DNA of 64,000 bases from contig CAYQVW010000004.1 of NCBI GenBank assembly GCA_964421245.1, positions 14,971 through 78,970 of the forward strand, read 5' to 3'. This stretch comes from an uncultured bacterium. GTDB lineage: Bacteria; Margulisbacteria; WOR-1; XYC2-FULL-46-14. Under the pieces are notes generated by a model that did no database searches, was not told the DNA's origin, and was given only the letters and a program-made list of their open reading frames with translations. A program made the position numbers and the translations under genes. Shown in pieces: positions 30,306 to 37,697 of the stretch (position 1 is the stretch's first letter; every line of letters begins with the position of its first letter).

Positions 30306-30897
30306 CCAACAATTTATAAACCGCCCAGGCCTGATAAGCTGCGGCCACAGAAACACGAGCAGACATTAGTCCAATTGTCCCGCCACAGCATGATTTCTCA
30401 TCTCCAATTAAAACAAAATTCGGTCGTTTAAAATTTATTTTTATATCTTGAGGGTCTTGATCCCCCGCAATCCCCGAAACCGCCACCACCTTAAAATTAT
30501 TTTCGAGCAAAATATTAACCAACATCGCCTTTTGATCCGCCAGATCAAAACACTCCGCCACAACCTCACAACTTTCAAATGTTTTAATTATATTTTTCGG
30601 ATTTAGTGCTTGTTTAGAAATTAGGATTTGGGATTTAGGATTTATTTTCAAGAGGACATCTTTCAAAGTTTCGACTTTGGGTTTGCCTACATCCTCTTGA
30701 AAATACTGTTGTCGATTCAAATTGGATGGTTCAATAACATCAAAATCAACTAAAACTAAATTATCTGCTCCCATGCGGACAAGGTTAATTGCAAGATTTG
30801 AGCCCAATCCACCACAACCGGCAATCCCAATTTTTTTATCTTTTAGCTTTTCCCTTACACCTTTGGGATTCCGCTCAAAAATTGATTCAATACTCAT
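30292..30897 (-). CDS. thiF: ThiF/MoeB-family sulfur-carrier adenylyltransferase (short form)
   Basis: 201 aa with a Rossmann GxGxxG (IGIAGCGGLGSNLA) and DFDVIEPSNLNRQ. Confidence 0.85.
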   Translation of the reverse strand: MSIESIFERNPKGVREKLKDKKIGIAGCGGLGSNLAINLVRMGADNLVLVDFDVIEPSNLNRQQYFQEDVGKPKVETLKDVLLKINPKSQILISKQALNPKNIIKTFESCEVVAECFDLADQKAMLVNILLENNFKVVAVSGIAGDQDPQDIKINFKRPNFVLIGDEKSCCGGTIGLMSARVSVAAAYQAWAVYKLLGDRV

Positions 30898-30903
30898 AAT
30901 TCA

Positions 30904-30933
30904 ATTATACTTGCAAAGTCACCCTGATCGCAA
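30904..30933 (-). promoter_or_regulatory. promoter TTGCGA-18-TATAAT ending 6 nt before the thiF ATG; candidate leaderless, no riboswitch space
   Basis: On the minus strand: TTGCGAtcagggtgactttgcaagTATAATtgaattATG. Confidence 0.5.
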
Positions 30934-30961
30934 TACAAACTGCACATCGGTTTTATTTTGA

Positions 30962-31849
30962 TTAGCCCAAGTCAACATACTCTGGAACATAAAACAAAAA
31001 TTTATACTTAGGAGAACCTCTTCTTTGATATTCCATCAATCTCTTAACTGAACCTATTTCTTGACAAAGAAGACTATTCCCTTCCCTTAAAAGAACATCT
31101 GTTCTACAAAATATCCACCTATCTCCTTGAAACAAAAAATCAGCCATTTGAGTATCTGGAAACGGAAACGAACCATCAATTATTGCTTCTGTCAATCTAA
31201 CAACCGCTCGAAATATCGCCATTTCTTCATCCATTGGATATATCGGCTCATTATCACAATTAAAATCATAGGACATTAGAGGAACAAATATTGTAACAGG
31301 AAGAGCTCCTCCTTCCATAGGATAAGGAAACCCTTTTAGAGCACCTTCTGGATATCCTTGCTCATCAACAATTAATCTGTCTGAATCACCATCCTTAAAA
31401 CGAGCAACAAACGACAAGTCAGGGGAATAATCCTCAACATGCACAACTTTTTGACAATCATCAAACGCTGATAAACCAGTTGCGTTAACGATAGAAGTAA
31501 AATCCTTAAAAAAGCTAACAACATTACTCCTATTATGAATAAAATCAGACTCACAAACCCCACCCAACTCCAAACATTTACCACCATAAAATTCTGAATT
31601 AGCAAAACCAAGATGCACTTTAACCATTTCTGCCATCTGCTGCAGCACACCATCTTCTTCGCTATATCTTGTTGCAAAAGCTAGAGCAATATCATTCTCA
31701 GCTAATCTGCCAAGTTGCCTAACAGCTTGCGCTGGCCTTGCAACCAATTCAGACCCAACACCACCAACCTCATATTTGGGCCACACTACTGTCCCTTGAC
31801 AATCTATAATCAAGGATCCTCTTGGTTTACTCGCAATGTTTCTTATCAT
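30962..31849 (-). CDS. hypothetical protein (about 295 aa), partner of the PEP-utilising-type enzyme; possible HAD-like phospho-acceptor motifs
   Basis: No family recognised. LIIDCQGTVVW (DxxGT) and FKDGDSDRLIVDEQG are the only suggestive blocks. The ATG at 31849 lies 2 nt after the upstream stop; the track start at 31873 overlaps the upstream gene. Confidence 0.55.
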   Translation of the reverse strand: MIRNIASKPRGSLIIDCQGTVVWPKYEVGGVGSELVARPAQAVRQLGRLAENDIALAFATRYSEEDGVLQQMAEMVKVHLGFANSEFYGGKCLELGGVCESDFIHNRSNVVSFFKDFTSIVNATGLSAFDDCQKVVHVEDYSPDLSFVARFKDGDSDRLIVDEQGYPEGALKGFPYPMEGGALPVTIFVPLMSYDFNCDNEPIYPMDEEMAIFRAVVRLTEAIIDGSFPFPDTQMADFLFQGDRWIFCRTDVLLREGNSLLCQEIGSVKRLMEYQRRGSPKYKFLFYVPEYVDLG

Positions 31850-31851
31850 AA

Positions 31852-33390
31852 TTAAACGTACAACAACCCCCATCCATCTTCATCATTTGCAGCAAGGTGG
31901 AGAGGTTGTGGCAATTCATAAGCACTAATCTCCACATCCTTTTTATCCATTATTTTCGTCTCTCGCAATTTACTTATTTCTTCCAATCTCCAAACGATTG
32001 AAGCATCTTCCGTATGAACAATCGCCTTCTCTTCATCAATACAATTGAGTGCAAGGTGTTGCAATCCACTACCACCAGATTTACCATGCTCCTTCTCATC
32101 AACAACAAGCACTGCATTGGCATATGGCAAAATAAACTTTCTAATACTTCTTTTGCCCTGATTCTTTTCTATTTTACTTTTAAAAACTATCAAACAATTC
32201 GGATAAGCCTCGCAAGCCTCTTTTATTAATTGCCCCTCGTCTTCTGACAAAGAAGAACCTCCAGATCGAACTACAACAATATGACTATAAGACCCCAGAT
32301 CCTGGCCAATCACACTATCACTCTCTAGCATTATTTTTTCTTGTCCTATAGCTGGCCTTGGGATCAGCTTTCTTCGCTTCAACGGTCTTGCCTGAAGAAA
32401 ATATCTTTCCCCATTTCTAAGCCAAGCCCATTCAATATCAAGAGGAGCCCCGGCTCTTTCTTCTAACAATAAAGCTAGATTTGCCAATACCACATCCTCA
32501 CGAGATGAACGAAATTCTTCTCTCCATAAACGATATAGTTCGCTACGAAATACCTCACTAAAACTATCAGGGATAAAAACTTCCTTCATTTGACCTTTTA
32601 CTAAATCAAAATAATAAAGCAAACTATTTAAGTTCGCAGGGCCTTCGAGCATTGAATCCAACAAGGTTCTGTCGTTAAAAATTATTGTTACCCCCATCCC
32701 CTCATCTTGTACTGCAGATAATCCAAAACCAAGCACAGCATTTACCTTGACCTTATGCACAAAAGAAGTATTAATTATCCCTGCCAGAGGAGGAAAAAAG
32801 AGTGAAGGATGGTCTTCCCAATTATCCCCGACTAAATCTTGAACAGCTATTGGCATTGGAGGTATTGCCTGACATCCGGATTTTTGAAAAAGCTCAAGAC
32901 CCTCCCCACCGTAAGTAGAATTTAAAACTCCCCTGAGTTTATTTGCAAATCCTTCTATTTCAAGATGAGTCAAATAGTCCCATGTGGCATAATCTGTCTT
33001 AAACTTGCCCGCTCCAGCTCGACCGATTTGATCCTCAATAATCGCCGAAGAGCGAATAGCTACTGCTGTTGGGAACCCTAAGTCACTTAAAATCTTAATA
33101 AGCAGAGCAATCTTTGTTCTGTTTAGACCCTGAATTTCCTGGGGATGTTTAACAGATTGCACTGGTAAATTAAAATAATCATCACAAACCACCAGAGTGT
33201 GAGGAACCTGATATACACCAATCTCATCTCGAGCCTGATCCAAAAACAATAAGCCCTCATTTTTTCCACCAACTGACCCATTTCCAAGCAGATGAATCCT
33301 GCCCGATTCACTTCGGTATAAATTCTTCCCCACAGCCTGAAACTGTCCTAAATTCCCAAAAACCTTAGAGCTTATTGTTCGACAATTCAT
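31852..33390 (-). CDS. PEP/pyruvate-binding ATP-grasp (PPDK_N-type) phosphotransferase with a swivel-domain-like C-terminus
   Basis: GNGSVGGKNEGLLFL, AIRSSAIIEDQIGRAGAGKFKTDY and LDIEWAWLRNGERYFLQARPLK occur in the order expected for the PEP synthase / PPDK / rifampicin phosphotransferase ATP-grasp domain. The C-terminal GKSGGSGLQHLALNC resembles the phospho-His loop. Confidence 0.65.
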   Translation of the reverse strand: MNCRTISSKVFGNLGQFQAVGKNLYRSESGRIHLLGNGSVGGKNEGLLFLDQARDEIGVYQVPHTLVVCDDYFNLPVQSVKHPQEIQGLNRTKIALLIKILSDLGFPTAVAIRSSAIIEDQIGRAGAGKFKTDYATWDYLTHLEIEGFANKLRGVLNSTYGGEGLELFQKSGCQAIPPMPIAVQDLVGDNWEDHPSLFFPPLAGIINTSFVHKVKVNAVLGFGLSAVQDEGMGVTIIFNDRTLLDSMLEGPANLNSLLYYFDLVKGQMKEVFIPDSFSEVFRSELYRLWREEFRSSREDVVLANLALLLEERAGAPLDIEWAWLRNGERYFLQARPLKRRKLIPRPAIGQEKIMLESDSVIGQDLGSYSHIVVVRSGGSSLSEDEGQLIKEACEAYPNCLIVFKSKIEKNQGKRSIRKFILPYANAVLVVDEKEHGKSGGSGLQHLALNCIDEEKAIVHTEDASIVWRLEEISKLRETKIMDKKDVEISAYELPQPLHLAANDEDGWGLLYV

Positions 33391-33437
33391 TACATTTCTG
33401 TATCATTAAAAGGAAAGAAAAATTTCAGATGATTTAA

Positions 33438-33445
33438 GTTATAAT
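33438..33445 (+). promoter_or_regulatory. GTTATAAT box 6 nt upstream of the ATG of the bioB 5' remnant (probable original bioB promoter)
   Basis: aaGTTATAATagttatATG. This is the same architecture as at ileS, bioA and the DUF362 gene. Confidence 0.5.
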
Positions 33446-33451
33446 AGTTAT

Positions 33452-33553
33452 ATGGATTATTTAAAACTATCTCAAGAATCAATTAAAAACAAGGGCATTT
33501 CACAAGAAACCACACTTAAATCAATAAAGTTGTTTCAAGTTGAGTTTTTATGA
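33452..33553 (+). pseudogene. remnant/duplicate of the bioB 5' end (33 codons, the first 26 homologous to bioB)
   Basis: MDYLKLSQESIKNKGISQETTLKSIK versus BioB MNFQKLSQESIKNRGITQETALELIK. By hand alignment, 60 of 78 nt are identical between 33452-33529 and 34259-34336. Confidence 0.75.
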
Positions 33554-33956
33554 TAAAATTAAGCAAATGGTTAATCCTCAAGCTACAATAGACTACTGGC
33601 TAAAATGCGCCAAGGAAGACCTTAAGGTGATGGGGCACCTTTTTGAAAAAGGCGATTACCACTATAGTTTATTTCTTGGACATCTATTAGTTGAAAAAAC
33701 CCTGAAGGCCTATTATGTCAAGATTAATAAAAATCATGCCCCCTATTCCCACAGCCTCATTTATCTAGCAGAAAAATCAGGATTAAAACTCAAAGAAAAC
33801 CAAATCTCCCTCCTTGAAGCAGTAAATCAATTCAATATTGAAGCCCGTTATCCTGATAAAAAATTTGAATTCTATAAACTTTGCACTAAAGAATTCGCTT
33901 CTCAATATATTTCCCAAATAAAGGAGTTCTACCAATGGCTCTTAATTCAGATATAA
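33540..33956 (+). CDS. HEPN domain protein (toxin-like partner of a minimal nucleotidyltransferase)
   Basis: LLVEKTLKAYYV ... PYSHSLIYLAEK ... NIEARYPD is typical of small HEPN proteins. The start may instead be the ATG at 33567. Confidence 0.75.
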   Translation: MSFYDKIKQMVNPQATIDYWLKCAKEDLKVMGHLFEKGDYHYSLFLGHLLVEKTLKAYYVKINKNHAPYSHSLIYLAEKSGLKLKENQISLLEAVNQFNIEARYPDKKFEFYKLCTKEFASQYISQIKEFYQWLLIQI

Positions 33957-34249
33957 AAAAGAAAGTAGAAAAATACTTGGAAGAGATAAAAAAACACCAA
34001 ATCAGCATTTTTAAGGCTTACCTGTATGGTTCTTATGCAAAAGGAAAAGCAAGAAAAGATAGCGATATTGATGTTGCGATAATTTCACCAGATTTTTCTG
34101 GCAATCGTTATTTTGACTCTCTCAAAATCATTCCTTTCCGAAGAAAAATTGATAATAGAATTGAGCCTGTAACCTTTAAGCCCGAAGATTTCGAAGAGAC
34201 AGATCCTCTCGCCTCAGAAATAAAATCCAATGGGATAGAATTAAAATAG
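33935..34249 (+). CDS. minimal nucleotidyltransferase (MNT) domain protein
   Basis: YLYGSYAKGKARKDSDIDVAII matches the GSxxxG...DxD pol-beta superfamily motif. It overlaps the HEPN gene by 22 nt. Confidence 0.8.
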   Translation: MALNSDIKKKVEKYLEEIKKHQISIFKAYLYGSYAKGKARKDSDIDVAIISPDFSGNRYFDSLKIIPFRRKIDNRIEPVTFKPEDFEETDPLASEIKSNGIELK

Positions 34250-34258
34250 TTTTCACGA

Positions 34259-35242
34259 ATGAACTTCCAAAAACTATCCCAAGAATCAATCAAAAACAGG
34301 GGCATTACCCAAGAAACTGCCCTTGAACTAATAAAAACATCAGATCAGGATACTTTTGAGCTTTTAGCTGCTGCCAATAAAATCCGCCAGCATTTTAAAG
34401 GAAACAAAATTAATCTCTGCGCTATCGTAAATGCAAAATCAGGCAAATGTTCTGAGAACTGTTCTTTCTGCGCACAATCTGCTCATCATAAAACCAAAGT
34501 CAAGTCTTACCCCCTTATGGAATCAGATGAAATAGTTAAAAACGCCAAAGCTGCTGAAAAAAATATGGGAGCAACCTGCTTCTCTATCGTAACATCAGGA
34601 AAGGCTGTAAATAAAACCGAAGATAAACAAAAAATAGGATCAGCTCTTGATGGAATCACTAACGAAACCGATATGAATCGTTGCGTATCTACTGGAACAC
34701 TTGATAAAGAGACAATATTAGAATTAAAAAAGAAGGGACTAAAGCGCCTACACCACAATTTAGAAACTGCTAAGTCATATTTTGATAAAGTCTGTACAAC
34801 TCACACTTACCAAGAAAGAATTGAGACATTAAAAGCTGCCAAAGAAGCGGGAATAGAAATTTGCTCAGGCGGAATTTTTAATCTTGGAGAATCATTAGAG
34901 CAAAGAGTAGAGTTAGCCTATGCCATAAAAGAACTAGATCCAGTTTCTGTTCCTATTAATATTTTAAATCCGATTGAAGGAACCCCAGCACATAAAAATT
35001 ATAAACCGATTTCCCCTCTTGAGGTTTTACGCTTAATTGCAACATATCGCTTTATTATGCCAGATAAAGATATTGGCCTTTTTGGTGGCCGAGAATTTGC
35101 TTTGAAAGAATTACAACCATTAATGTTCATAGCTGGAGCAAATGTGACTCTAGTTGGAGATTATTTAACAGTAAAAGGACAAGAAGCCAGTAAAGATTTG
35201 CAGATGATTAAGGATTTAGAGCTAGAAATCTGTCAATATTAA
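34259..35242 (+). CDS. bioB: biotin synthase
   Basis: 327 aa with the radical SAM motif CSENCSFCAQS and typical BioB C-terminal blocks. Confidence 0.93.
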   Translation: MNFQKLSQESIKNRGITQETALELIKTSDQDTFELLAAANKIRQHFKGNKINLCAIVNAKSGKCSENCSFCAQSAHHKTKVKSYPLMESDEIVKNAKAAEKNMGATCFSIVTSGKAVNKTEDKQKIGSALDGITNETDMNRCVSTGTLDKETILELKKKGLKRLHHNLETAKSYFDKVCTTHTYQERIETLKAAKEAGIEICSGGIFNLGESLEQRVELAYAIKELDPVSVPINILNPIEGTPAHKNYKPISPLEVLRLIATYRFIMPDKDIGLFGGREFALKELQPLMFIAGANVTLVGDYLTVKGQEASKDLQMIKDLELEICQY

Positions 35243-36061
35243 TACCACTGTCCAATAAAATAAACCTTTAAATCATCTGACGAAAAACAGGGCCGATGAC
35301 AGAGAAAGTTTGCGGGAAAATAACTCGGTGTAATATTCTGATAGCTTGATCCATCCGAACTTACCGTATAAAGATCGAATTTCCCTTCTGTTCCAATGGC
35401 TGAAACCATAAAAACTAGCTTATCTCCACTATTTGACCAATTCGCAATCCCTTGACTGTAATTGGTAGTAGTTATCTTAGCTTCCCCAGTCCCTTCAGCA
35501 TAAATTGTATATAAATTATAATTCCCATGCACACTTGTATCATCATCCATCCGCTCAAAAACGATTTTTCTCCCATCCGGTGAAAATCTTGGATCATAAT
35601 CTCCAAAAGGGAGATTCGCATTCCCCCACCCAATCCGGATCTGCATCATGACCTCCTGAATCATATAACAACTGCTGATTCGTTCCGTCCAAATTCATAG
35701 TATAAAGATCAAGCGTTGAACCAGCTCTCCAAGAAAGAAAGGTAATTTTAGTATCGGTTGAATTAAAAGAAGCGTAAGTATCCAGAGTACTATTTGTAGT
35801 TAAACGAGTAGGATTATTTCCATCAATATCAATTGTATAAATTTCTTCTGCCTGTGTAAAAACAAACTTATCTCCCCCTTTACTAATTTGCAAACAATCA
35901 AGCAAGTCAGAAGAGCTGTAAATTAGTTCAATATCATTGCTTGATAGAGTCAACGCATAAATTCCCCAGGTATCTTGTTGTGGAACGGTTTTGGAAGTTG
36001 TAGTTTGACTACAACCCATCAGGCAAAAAAGAAGCATCAAAAAACAGATCAACCTATACAT
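35239..36061 (-). pseudogene. PD40/TolB-like beta-propeller lipoprotein, split by a frameshift at a G5 run
   Basis: ORFs 35594-36061 (lipobox LMGCSQ) and 35239-35664 overlap. Removing one G from GGGGG (plus-strand C5 at 35623-35627) joins ...HDADPDWVG to NANLPFGDYDPRFSPDGRKIVF. The repeats are PD40-like. Confidence 0.65.
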
Positions 36062-36191
36062 ATTTAAATTCTACAACTACAAAAAGAGGAAAGCAATCTC
36101 ACATAAGACTATTTCGCATAAGAAATATTATGTAAACCCTAATTATTTTTTATCTTACTTTCTTTGCTTGACGGTTTTTAGAGCATCAGGG

Positions 36192-36332
36192 TACCAGATT
36201 ATCAGAACTTGAATATCAGGTATCAGAAAACCAGAGAACCAGAATAGAGGATAGAGTCTGTCTGATTTTTGCTCAGATAATCTAATACTCTGCTTTCTGA
36301 TAATCTCGTTCTGATATTCGGATAATCTGGTA
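36192..36332. repeat. long imperfect inverted repeat built from ATCAGRW-type words
   Basis: Left arm 36192-36236: taccagattatcagaacttgaatatcaggtatcagaaaaccagag. Reverse complement of the right arm 36288-36332: taccagattatccgaatatcagaacgagattatcagaaagcagag. The spacer is about 51 nt. Confidence 0.75.
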
Positions 36333-36394
36333 TTCTTAGCCCCCCATTGAAAACACCTACCACATATTATTAAGCCAAAAACATATAATGTATT

Positions 36395-36466
36395 GCGATT
36401 TCCACTTACATTATTGGGAGGAGGGGGGTGGTTGGGTGGTGTAATTGGAAATCGCTTGATTTTTTT
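36395..36466 (+). terminator. long hairpin with a G-rich loop followed by T7; terminator/attenuator-like element upstream of bioF
   Basis: GCGATTTCCA (36395-404) pairs with TGGAAATCGC (36446-455). The stem is extendable with G-U pairs. The loop is GGGAGGAGGGGGGTGGTTGGGTGG. TTGATTTTTTT follows. A TATAAT lies at 36384-36389 just upstream. Confidence 0.4.
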
Positions 36467-36467
36467 G

Positions 36468-36495
36468 GTACTTTTTGTATCAAGACAAAAAGTAC
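36468..36495. promoter_or_regulatory. perfect 11-bp inverted repeat GTACTTTTTGT-N6-ACAAAAAGTAC upstream of bioF (candidate operator)
   Basis: Seen directly. It lies about 15 nt upstream of a possible TTGGAA-17-TAATAT promoter (36510-36538) and 78 nt before the bioF ATG. Confidence 0.4.
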
Positions 36496-36572
36496 AAAGA
36501 AGAAGCTTTTTGGAAAATAATAGAAGCTGACATAATATTTCTTATAAGACAAACAACCCAATCTAAGAACAT

Positions 36573-37697
36573 ATGCTAAAATTAAACATGAACAACTTCC
36601 TCCAACAAGAACTAAACAAACTAAAAGAAACAAATCTTCTACGCGAACCAAAAATTATCGAAAACACCGATGGCAGAATAATTACAATCAACGGAAAAGA
36701 ATATCTGAATTTCTGTTCAAACAATTACCTGGGACTAACTCATCATCCAAAAGTCGTCCAAGTAGCAATTGAGGCAACCAAAAAATTTGGAACCGGAGCT
36801 GGAGCCTCCAGATTAATTACTGGAACAACTATTCTACATAAGCAACTGGAAGAAAAACTGGCAAAGTTAAAAGGGAAAGAAGCTGCAATCGTCTTTCCAA
36901 CTGGATATATGGCTAATCTTGGAACAATTTCTTCTTTACTTGATGAAAAAGATACCGTAATTATAGATCGCTTAAATCATGCTTCAATAATCGACGCCTG
37001 CAAATTATCAAAAGCAAAATTACAGGTTTATCCGCATAAGGATATGAAGGCTTTGGAAAAGATTCTACAAAAATCGGATAAATATCAGAAAAGATTAATT
37101 GTGACGGATCATGTATTCTCAATGGACGGCGATATGGCGCCAGTTGATGAAATTTCAAAGCTTGCAGAAAAACATGATGCCACTGTTATGATTGATACTG
37201 CTCATGCAACGGGAGTGATCCAAGGGTCAAGGGCCAAGGGTCAAGTTGATATCATAATGGGCACTATGTCAAAAACTCTTGGAAGTCTTGGTGGATTTGT
37301 TTGTGGATCAAAAGAATTAATAGACTATCTTCGAAACAAAGCCAGAAGCTTTATCTATACCACAGCACTTCCACCGGCAAACTGCGCCGCAGCAATTGCG
37401 GCAATTGATGTTATTGAAAATGAGCCGGAAATTAGACAAAGGCTTTTGGATAATCTAAAAATTGGTGGTTGGGAAACTCCGATTGTACCAATAGTTCTGG
37501 GTTCCGCAGAAAAAACACTCGAAGTTTCGAAAAAACTATTCGATCAAGGTATTTTCGTATCTGCCATAAGACCGCCAACTGTGCCAAAGGAACAATCCAG
37601 ACTTAGGATAACTATTACAGCATCTCATACCAAGGAGGATATCGAATGTCTAGTATCTTCATTACAGGCACTGATACCGGCTGCGGAAAGACAGTAG
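36573..37697 (+). CDS. bioF: 8-amino-7-oxononanoate synthase
   Basis: 374 aa alpha-oxoamine synthase with SNNYLGL, DHVFSMDGD and GTMSKTLGSLGG (PLP Lys). Confidence 0.9.
   Translation: MLKLNMNNFLQQELNKLKETNLLREPKIIENTDGRIITINGKEYLNFCSNNYLGLTHHPKVVQVAIEATKKFGTGAGASRLITGTTILHKQLEEKLAKLKGKEAAIVFPTGYMANLGTISSLLDEKDTVIIDRLNHASIIDACKLSKAKLQVYPHKDMKALEKILQKSDKYQKRLIVTDHVFSMDGDMAPVDEISKLAEKHDATVMIDTAHATGVIQGSRAKGQVDIIMGTMSKTLGSLGGFVCGSKELIDYLRNKARSFIYTTALPPANCAAAIAAIDVIENEPEIRQRLLDNLKIGGWETPIVPIVLGSAEKTLEVSKKLFDQGIFVSAIRPPTVPKEQSRLRITITASHTKEDIECLVSSLQALIPAAERQ
37221..37245 (+). repeat. heptanucleotide tandem repeat (CAAGGGT/CAAGGGC x3.5) inside bioF
   Basis: caagggtcaagggccaagggtcaag encodes QGSRAKGQ, in the same reading register as the ileS copy. 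Confidence 0.9.

Noticed and set aside
30898-30961. Expected a TPP riboswitch upstream of thiF-thiS
   Set aside because: The intergenic region is only 64 bp and holds a promoter whose -10 box ends 6 nt before the ATG. There is no space or conserved THI-box sequence.
36406-36651. 81-aa minus-strand ORF in the bioF upstream region
   Set aside because: It overlaps the bioF start and the G-rich hairpin/T-run. It has a low-complexity hydrophobic translation, no SD and no family resemblance.
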